Positions 40,590 through 50,116 of a stretch of 64,000 bases of DNA are shown one piece after another (position 1 is the first letter of the stretch; the number at the start of each line of letters is the position of its first letter). The stretch is from Eledone cirrhosa. Lineage: Eukaryota. The notes under the pieces are model-generated. The model worked only from the letters and a program-made list of their open reading frames with translations, did not search any database and was not told where the DNA came from. Made by a program: the position numbers and the translations under genes. The stretch is from positions 95,976,001 through 96,040,000 of the forward strand of contig OZ024744.1 in the NCBI GenBank assembly GCA_964016885.1, given 5' to 3'.

Positions 40590-41420
40590 ACCTAACACCA
40601 GGGTATTAGACTCACTGTTATGAGCTCATGGTTTTCATTCTTTGGTGATACATTGTGTTCTTGAGTAAAATACTTTATTTTACTTTGCTCCTTCTGCCAG
40701 GAATTGTGACCAGCAGATAGTATCAGAAATGGAAAGACCATCTCCTTTCTTCTGCCAGGAGTTGTGACAGATAGATAGTATCGGATAATATCAACAATGG
40801 AAAGACGAATGGAAACATTATTTCTTTGGTCAGGTCTGGCAATCAAATCCTTTCTTCTGTCAGGAGTTGTGACTGGCAGATAGTATCAGCAAAAAAAGAC
40901 CAATGGAAACATTGTTTCCTTGGTCGAATCTGACAACCAGCTCCTTTCTTCTGTCAGGGGTTATGACCAGAAGATAGTATTAGAAATAAAAAGATCAATG
41001 GAAACATTGTTTCCTTGGATCTGATGATCAGCTCCTTTCTTCTTGCCAGAATTATGATCAACAGATAGTATCAACAATGGAAAGACCAATGGAAACATTA
41101 TTTCCTTGGTTGGATCTGACAATCAGCTTCTTTCTTTTTCCAAGAGTTGTGATAGACAGATATTATCAACAATGGAAAGACTAATGGAAACATTGTTTCC
41201 TTGGTCAGATTTGAAGATCAGCTCCTCTCTTTTGCCAGGAGTTGTAACCAACAGATCATATTAGCAATGGAAAGATAAATAGAAACATTGTTTCTTTGGT
41301 CAGATCTGACAATCAGCTCCTTTCTTCTGCCAGGAGTTGTGACCAACAAATATTATCAGCAATAGAAAGACCAATGGAAACATTGTCTCCTTAGACTGAT
41401 CTGATGATCGGTTCCTCTCT
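40590..41420 (+). repeat. degenerate SINE head followed by about 7-8 tandem copies of an internal unit of about 95 bp
   Basis: Unit CTCCTTTCTTCTGCCAGGAGTTGTGACC..CAGATAGTATCAGCAATGGAAAGACCAATGGAAACATTGTTTCCTTGGTC; present once in the SINE at 61070-61260. Confidence 0.75.
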
Positions 41421-41491
41421 TTTTTTTTTAACTTGAGACTTAACTTTTGTTTATTTCATCTATTTATAGACTAATGTTTTCTCATTTGCAG

Positions 41492-41636
41492 GTAAATGAC
41501 TTCTCACCTTGCTATGTACGACGATTACATGCCATTTTGGCTCTTCCTACATTGCTGGTATCATATATTGCTATTTTCTACTTCATGAATGGTACTGAAG
41601 TTGGTGACATATTCCTCAGTAGACTCGTTCTGAAAG
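41492..41636 (+). CDS. HHAT: HHAT-like exon VNDFSPCYVRRLHAILALPTLLVSYIAIFYFMNGTEVGDIFLSRLVLK
   Basis: TTTGCAG acceptor, AG|GTAACT donor, phases 0/1 consistent with its neighbours. Resembles the HHAT segment FSP..RRxHA...GxEVG. Confidence 0.9.
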
Positions 41637-42029
41637 GTAACTTTCAATATTTATTCATCATTATCATCATCATCATCACCATCACCACCATCATCATCAC
41701 CATCACCACCATCATCATCATCATTATCATCACCATCATCATCACCATCACCATCACCATCATTGTCATAATCATCACTACTTTGCTGCCATCACTGCTG
41801 ATACTTCCTGGTCATTACCATCATAAACAACAATATGTAATAGTAACTAACTACACAGCATGTGACACTTTCCTGCCGATACTCCAAGCTTGTTGCCAAC
41901 TGTTGTTGCTGGATTGTGTTCATTACTTGAGACATCATCTGCATCATCATCACTGATTTATGTCCATTTTAAAGTGGTGATGATGATGATGATGTCTCCA
42001 TTTGTGAACTGAGATGCTTTATATTTGGA

Positions 42030-42415
42030 AAAATTGTTCATGAACCAAGGTATATGTTTTGGTTAAAATGTTCTTAAAATGTTCATGAACCAAGGTATAT
42101 GTTTTGGTGTAAAATGTTCTTAAAATTGTTCATGAACCAAGGTATATGTATATGTTTTGGTGTAAAATGTTCTTAAAATGTTCATGAACCAAGGTATATG
42201 TTTTGGTGTAAAATGTTCTTAAAATTGTTCATGATCCAAGGTATATGTATATGTTTTGGTTAAAATGTTCTTAAAATATTCATGAACCAAGGTATATGTT
42301 TTTGTGTAAAATTTTCTTAAAATGTTCATTTACCAAGGTATATGTTTTGGTGTAAAATGTTCTTAAAATGTTCATGAACCAAGGTATATGTTTTGGTGTA
42401 AAATTTTCTTAAAAT
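42030..42415. repeat. minisatellite of about 46 bp, roughly 8 copies
   Basis: TTCATGAACCAAGGTATATGTTTTGGTGTAAAATGTTCTTAAAATG. Confidence 0.92.
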
Positions 42416-42724
42416 TTGTTTTGTATATTTTTGTTGTTAGGGCATCTGGTTAAAAGATTAAAAACACCTTTGTATTTGTTTTGGCTCACTGTACTCTGGG
42501 TTAAAATCCTATTGAGGTTAACTTTGCCTTTCATCCTTTTGAGGTTGATAAATATATCACCAGTCATATACTGGGTTTGATTCTTCCTCTCTCTCTCTCT
42601 TTATCTTTGGAAGAAAGCAGCTGTGTTCTAACTTGGAGAGGGATGAGGGCCACCAGGTTTTAAATCCCACGACGTTTGTCAAGATGGCACCCAACAACTC
42701 CATTAGGAGCTAGGGACCAGAATC

Positions 42725-42755
<31 letters not shown>

Positions 42756-43221
42756 AAATAATGGTGGTAGCAAAGGAATGGTCATTGTGTACATACACAC
42801 ACAGGTGCATATAATCAGACATACAATGCACATAAATAAATATACACACCAAGTACCATAATTGATAAACTATACATACATTCAAACACATGCTTACATA
42901 TACACTATATACACCAGCTTCTCCCTACTTTCATCATCTGGTGTCACTAAAGTAAAGAAATTTTGATAATTTGACACAAAAGCAACATCAATTACATTTT
43001 TAAAAACATACTCTCTAAAAGATAAAATTATGTTTATGATCAGAGCCTCGTTTTTAAAATGTTACTGGAGCTCTAGTTGAAGTGGGGGGCTCCTGCTTGA
43101 AGAAAGAACCCTGTTTGGAGAAGAGGGCCCAGGGCATTTGGCCCCCACCACCTCCCAATAAATCCAGCCCTGTTAGGAGTCTTTTACTTTTTTTACTTAT
43201 ATTTTGTTTTTACTTTTTCAG

Positions 43222-43388
43222 CTGAAATTCATAACATTGTCTTCATAGTGATTTGGTTGTATTCACTAGTTCAAGTTGGAATGGAAGCAAGGCGATATGA
43301 ATTTTTCAAAGAGAAAGTAAACCCTAAAATTACATTGCTTGAATCCCATTCAAAGGAATTACCAAATTTAAAAAAAAAAAAATTCTGA
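43222..43388 (+). CDS. HHAT: HHAT-like terminal coding exon (A)EIHNIVFIVIWLYSLVQVGMEARRYEFFKEKVNPKITLLESHSKELPNLKKKKF*
   Basis: Strong pyrimidine tract plus TTTCAG, phase 1 matches the previous donor; last TM helix LY..xxVG as in HHAT; TGA at 43386-43388. Confidence 0.8.
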
Positions 43389-43541
43389 TTAACTAAAAAT
43401 ATCCAGAAAAATGTTATTTATTTCTACGTATATCTATATATATATGGTACTTGAGAAAATGAAAATGAATTTCTACAAAAACCACAGAGACAACTGATAT
43501 AATTTATTATTTATTTATTGTACATTAATTGTAAATATATA

Positions 43542-44083
43542 AAATACACGTGTGTGTATTCATATGCATACTAGTATTTCAGTATACATATGTGGATGTA
43601 CATTTTTAACTTAATTGTTTAAGCGTCAGTCATACAAAAGTGAGTTACAAACGAAACAAAATTTAATTTCGTTTCGTTATTTGTTTTTATCGTCTCCGCT
43701 GAACCGGTACGTACTCACGCTCTATGCAAATTAGTCTGCCCACTACTAATTTTCATAGAAAAAGCATATAACGATATGTGCTTTTACGATTCTCTAGAAA
43801 GGCCGGAAGATAGGTAAATATTGCTGATGAGATGTAACAACATCGAAACTAGTCCAATATTCCTTGTCTGGCTTTCTGAAGAATAGAGGAAAGGTGTTTC
43901 CTCGAAAACCAGTATGACTCTAAAAACCGGTTTGTCTGTGTGTTTACATACAGAATAGCTGGACACTCACAGTAAAGTGTCCAGTGAAAAACTCAGTACA
44001 TCTACATATGTACACGTGTGTGTATTCATATGCATACTAGTATTTCAGTATACATATGTGGATGTACATCTTTAACTTAATTG
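43542..44083 (+). mobile_element. small non-coding retrozyme/Penelope-like insertion with direct repeats of about 73 bp
   Basis: TACACGTGTG...AACTTAATTGT at 43545-43617 and 44011-44083; TTAATTGTAAATATATA at 43525-43541 and 44077-44093; contains a hammerhead. Confidence 0.6.
43817..43861 (+). ncRNA. minimal type I hammerhead ribozyme
   Basis: AATATTG-CTGATGA-GATGT-AACA-ACATC-GAAA-CTAG-TC-CAATATT: 7-bp stem I, full core, 5-bp stem II, palindromic stem III ACTAGT, GUC cleavage triplet (cut after 43854). Confidence 0.88.
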
Positions 44084-44284
44084 TAAATATATATATATAC
44101 AGTAAGTTCCCAACTTATGAACAAGTTATGTTCCAAGAGGCCATTCATTTGCTGATTTGTTCGTATGGGCTTAGTCGTATGTATTGCGTTAGATGTCTAA
44201 CATATTATGTACCAGTAAGCCCATATATGTTACATTGATACTGCTGGTTTCCATATAAGTGATATATATATATATATATATACA

Positions 44285-44681
44285 TTATATAGAGGTATAT
44301 ATAACATGTAATAGCGAGGTATATTATACTGTATATAGAGGTATATATAACATGTAATATAGAGGTATATATATACAGTATATAGAGGTATATATATACA
44401 GTATATAGAGGTATATATAACATGTAATATAGAGGTATATATATACAGTATATAGAGGTATAAATAACAGCATATAGAGGTATATATACAGTATATAGAG
44501 GTATATATACAGTATATTGAGGTATATATAACATGTAATATAGAGGTATATATATACAGTATATAGAGGTATATATAACATGTAATATAGAGGTATATAT
44601 ATACAGTATAGAGGTATAAATAACAGCATATAGAGGTATATATACAGTATATAGAGGTATATATATATATACAGTATATAG

Positions 44682-44715
<34 letters not shown>
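44285..44715. repeat. AT-rich minisatellite TATATAGAGGTATATATA(TACAG/ACATG)
   Basis: Read directly from the sequence. Confidence 0.9.
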
Positions 44716-45062
44716 TATTATGACATGTAATAATTAATTTAGATACTGTAAAGCTAATGACAATAAATTGTTAAAGAAAAAAAGGACTTTTTTCAATTCT
44801 GCAAAAGCAGAATGGAATCCCATATTGTAGGTAGGTTTTCAGCTTGTTTTTATGAAGGAACCCAGCCCCAGAAAGTGCCTACAAAAATGAACCCAGAGCC
44901 CGAAAAATCCCACAAGAACGAACCCAGACAAACTCAAGACAAAATTTTTTTTTCTTCTTGAGACTGTTCATATCTGTGGAAGGTCATTAGGTGGGGACTT
45001 GCTGAATATGTATACACACACATATATATTCTTCCGATAATAGGTGGTGTTTCAAATGAAAA

Positions 45063-45161
45063 CACATTTGATATCCATATAGTAGCACATTTGATATCCA
45101 TATAGCAGCACATTTGATATCCATATAGCAGCACATTTGATATCCATATAGCAGCACATTT
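45063..45161. repeat. 23-bp tandem repeat, 4 copies
   Basis: CACATTTGATATCCATATAG(C/T)AG. Confidence 0.9.
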
Positions 45162-45485
45162 CAACATGAATATATTTTTGTAAAAACACACTTGATTGTC
45201 ACAATGAGTAGCTTTAAATTATTTTTCTCACATGTGATAAAAAACATCTTTTTTTTACAACAGAAATAAAAGATATATACTTCAACATGTTTGCGTTTGC
45301 TTCTTTGTATGTGTGCACACATGTGTGTGTGTGTGTGTGTGTACACGTGTGAGTGTGTGTGTGTACACGTGTGTGTGTATGTGTGTGTGCATGTCACCCC
45401 CTACCAAACAGTCTTGTCACCCCCTACCAAAAAGAAAATTATATTATTATTATTAGAAAAGGCGAAAGATTTATCCGCTTAGAAA

Positions 45486-45560
<75 letters not shown>

Positions 45561-46254
45561 GGGTGGTGAATTGGCAAAGGGCAGTGAATTGGCAGTATCG
45601 GTAGAGGGTCGGACGCCATGCTTTGATGCATAGAGTTACGGTCCTTGCCATTCTGAGTTCAAATCCTGCCGAGGTTAACTTTGCCTTTCATCCTTATGGG
45701 CTCGATAAAATAAAGTACCAGTAATGCACTGGAATAATTGCTGGCCTTGTGCCAAAAGTAGAAACAATTATTATTATTATTGCAAGACAGGTGGTGGTTT
45801 GCCCTGAAAAGTGCAATTAAAGTAGAGTCGATTAGGTTTAGCAAAGGAGTAGTGATAGAGGAAAATAGAGTAGAGGGAGAGCTAGTCAGAAAGCTAGAAG
45901 AGGCGTTTAGGACAGGCATCGCAACCGACGAGCTTGCGGCGAGATTGGCACTCGACCAATTTTTAGCAGTATTAGTTATAGATGTTATCAAGGTTATAGA
46001 TGTTATCAAGGAGCGTGAGGCGTCTTACTACAGTACCTCGAGCCAGATTTTCAAATTCTCGAAAATCGATGTCATTACTCACATGTGGAGTAAGATGGCG
46101 AACAATGCAACAAGGGGGAGCTATCCGCTCTAGCAAAAATTGAATCCAGAATAAGGATTTGAAAAATGTAAAAAAAAAACGACATGCATGCATAAAAAAA
46201 CAAGGCAAAGAAAAAGCAGAAACACAGAGGCAAAAAAAAGGTGCAGCTAACAGT

Positions 46255-47899
46255 CTAAATATAGACGGTGCTGCAAAATTTTTTGGGCCAGTGGACCCTA
46301 CGACCTGAATGGGTCGTGGTCTTGTAACGTGGCGATGGTGGTGGTGTAGGGACAGGCGATGATGGTGGTTCAGGAACAGTCGTTCGCTCAACAGGCAAAT
46401 ACGAAGGGGTTCGTGGATCAGGAACCACAGCGTCCGTGTCAAGGTGCGCCTGCTTAAGCCTGTCTAATGTAACTGTCTCCCTGGACCCCTTAATATCTAA
46501 CGTGAAATGCTTAGCCGAGCGCGCTAAGACACGGTAAGGTCCAGCGTAAGGCTGTGTGAGCGGGGGCTTCACTGTATCATTCCTTACAAAGACATGCGTC
46601 CACGAGGCAATATCCCTCGGGACAGCAGTCTTGACAGTTTGTTTCCTAGTGTCCATTGGCGGCAAATCCTGGAAATAGGAGCGCAAACGGGACACGTAGG
46701 AAGCGTGATCTTGGGCATCAAGATCGATAGGGGCAAGCATTTGCCCGGGCAACGTCAGAGGGGCACCGTACAGTACTTCGGCCGGTGAAAATCCAAAGTC
46801 GACCTTCACCGTTGACCGAATCCCTAGTAACACAATAGGGAGGTACTCGCTCCAATGCGCCGAGTCCAGTTGGCGGTGAAAACGCTCCACCATACCATTC
46901 GAAGCGGGATGGTATGCCGTAGTTCTAATGCGTTTAGCACCAATTAATTTTGACAGCTCGAGGAAAAGGCTCGACTCGAACTGTCGTCCACGATCGGTAG
47001 TTATTGTGGATGGAACTCCATATCGAGAGATCCATCCAGACACAAGAGCACGTGCTGTTGTCTCCGCGGTGATGTTTTTCAAGGGGATGGCCTCAGGCCA
47101 TCTCGAAAAACGGTCAATGACGGTAAGTAGATAAGAAAAACCATCGCTGACAGGCCAAGGTCCCACTATGTCAATATGAATGTGAAAAACGCGCATCTGG
47201 GTTAGCAAAGGTACCCAGGGGAGCCTTGACGTGTCGATGGACCTTTGATCTCTGGCAAGCGACGCAGGAACGGCACCAAGCAGCAATTTCACGCCTCATA
47301 TTTGGCCAGAAAAATCTAGCTGATATGAGCTTTGCTGTGGCAGAAGATCCTGGATGCGAGATACAATGTAATCCCAGAAACACGGTCCGACGATGATTCT
47401 CTGGAACGAAGGGCCTAGGCAAAGAGACGTCGCAGAGAATTTGGCCAACTGCAGTCGACAGAGGCAAGTATTTCATCTCGCAATTCGCAAACTCAGGCGA
47501 TGTGACATCCAGTGACTCAAGGGGAGGCTGATCCGCAGCCAAACGAGTCAGATCTATGTCAGAGGATGACGAGATCGCTGTCACGGGTAAGCGGGACAAA
47601 GCATCGGCCGCTGTATTTAGTGAACCCGGAATGTGCTGGATATCACTCGTATATTGCGAGATGAAATCAAGGTGTCTCGTCTCTCTGGGCGAGTATTTAT
47701 CAGCCTTCGCTCTCAAAGCAAAAGTCAATGGTTTATGGTCAGTGAGGATAGTAAATTGTCTATCCTCTAGCACATGTGAAAAATGTTTCACGGCCAAATA
47801 GATGGCTAAAAGCTCTCTTCCAAAACTCCAGCGGTTGCTGGTAACCATTGATGTTTTGCTGTAGTACTGCGCCCACAGCGATATCCGATGCATCAACAC
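46255..47899 (-). pseudogene. Gypsy RNase H and integrase (frameshifted)
   Basis: RELLAIY..TDHKPL; zinc finger HCISHPG..CRSCVAC; core [26 protein letters not shown]; GPY motif YAGPYRV. Confidence 0.92.
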
Positions 47900-49372
47900 A
47901 AAGCGTTAGCTTTGCACCGGGTACCGGGTGAGTCAGTAACGAAGCATCAGCCAAAACAGTTTTGGCGTGCTGAAAATCAGCAAGTTGAGTGTCTGTCAAA
48001 GAAATATCTTTGTTCTTCCTCCGACAATTTTTCAATATTTCTGTCAGGGAGAAAAGCAATTTTGCACAATTTGGCACGAAACGCCTATAAAAGTTAACCA
48101 GACCTAAGAACTGGCGTAACTTACGTAGTGAGGTCGGTGGAGGCAAATCCTCTATGACCTTAACTCGCTCAGGCCGGGGTCGAATACCGTCAGCATCGAT
48201 GACGTGACCCAAGAAAGTCAGTGACTCAGCACCAAAAACACATTTGGGTGCATTAAGCTGCACGTTATACGCCTTCAATCGGCGGAAAAGAAGATTCAAA
48301 TGGTGCGTATGCTGCTCTTGAGAAGAACTAGCAATGAGCAGGTCGTCAATATAGGTATAGACGAAATCGAGGCCGCGAGTAACCTCATCCATAAATCGCT
48401 GAAAAGTACTAGCGGCATTCCTTAATCCGAACGGCATAGTCAAAAACTCGAAAGACCCCAATGGCGTAACTATAGCCGTTTTTGGAATGTCATTTTTATG
48501 GACAGGAATTTGATGGTACGCACGAATTAAATCCAGTTTGGAGAATATCTTGCATCCCTGCAACGAAGACGCAAAGTCTTGCAGATGAGGGATAGGATAA
48601 CGGTCCGGTACCGTTATCAAATTCAGGCGTCGATAATCTCCAGTAGGTCTCCAATCGCCATTCGCTTTCGGTACCATGTGTAATGGGGACGCCCACGGGC
48701 TCGTGGACGGACGAATAATCCCCATTTGCAGCATATGATCAAACTCTGATCGTGCTGCTTTGAGTTTGTCCGGAGTCAAGCGACGAGGACGAGAGAAAAC
48801 GGGAGTACCAGTTGTAGATATGAAGTGCTCCGTGGTATGAGTTGGTTCATCAAATCGAAAATTTCCCCGAGTCAGTTGCGGGAACGAGTTCAACAACGCA
48901 TGGAAAGGATCACCGGTGTTAGCAAGAAAAATGTCGGGCTAACCGTTGGAACTCCTGCTGCCTTGCCAACAACAGTTAAACCCGTGATGCCATCAATTAG
49001 GCGTTTACCACGAAGGTCCACCGTCAATGAAAAATGGTGGAGAAAATCCGCGCCTAGAATCGGATACGGCAAGGCAGCGACAGTAAATGTCCATTTAAAC
49101 TCGCGCCGCAGATTACGAAACTGCAAAGGTAACGAGATTTGTCTGAAAGTTCGAATCGGCGAACAATTTACTGCCTGCAACTCAATAGGTGTCTCAGGGG
49201 GAGTCTCCTTCATACAACACACAGGCCATACGGAACAAGCTGCACCTGTGTCAACCAGAAAAGCTCTACCTGACAGCAGGTCCTCAATGAAAAAGTGGCG
49301 GTTAGATGTTGTTTCGCAGAGCGCACTATCCGCCGTTAGTGACTCTGGTCGTCTTTTCCCTCGTAAGCACAA
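47760..49372 (-). pseudogene. Gypsy protease and reverse transcriptase (frameshift at about 48895)
   Basis: FLVDTGA protease; [28 protein letters not shown]. Confidence 0.93.
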
Positions 49373-50116
49373 GGAGGCCTACAACGGGCGGCTTTTTTAC
49401 CATATCTTTCATGGTAATAACAATATGGTGTTCCTGGTGTGTTGGAAGGGCTCCGGTGGCGAGAAGTTGAATAACGACGTGAGCGGCTCCTCTGCCGTCC
49501 AAAGGACCTGAATTCCGTGCACAACTCCGCCATTTGACGAGTCATGGCTTCCATAGCGGTGATTAATTTGTCATCAGACGCTGATGAGCGTGATTGAGGA
49601 AGAGAAGAGGAAGCAACGTACTTTGGCTTCGAAGTGTCTCTCTTCGTCACCTCTACAATTTTGTCAGCAGAGACAGCAATGTGGTTGAGGGTATTTACCT
49701 CTAGCATATGGGCTAGGATCGCCTGTACCTCTTGAGGTAGGCGAGAGAAGAACAATTGCTTCAGGAAAGGGCTATCCTGATCTTGGGAATCGCTTAAATC
49801 CCGCAAATGCCGGAGAAAAGCGGTAGGGGTCCTGTCACCTAATCGTTCGTCCTCGATCAATGACCGAAAAAGACTCTCTACCGACTTACAATTCCTCCTC
49901 AAAATCTCGCCCTTCAAAAACCCATACGTCAAGTCAGAGGGGGGGGGGGTCTGTAATTAGGTCTTGGACCGAATCTGCTAGATTAGGGGGAAGTCCGCTA
50001 ATCAGTACAGCGAGGCGCTGGTCAGATTCGGTCTTACAGACCGTAAAATACGCCTGTAACTGGGCAAACCACATCTTAGGTTTTCCAGTAAAGGCGGGCA
50101 AATGTGGCACATTCAT
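49336..50116 (-). pseudogene. Gypsy gag (frameshift in a poly-C run at about 49940)
   Basis: LPAFTGKPKMWFAQLQAYF...ERLGDRTPTAFLRHLR...CYYHERYGKKAARCRPPC. Confidence 0.85.
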
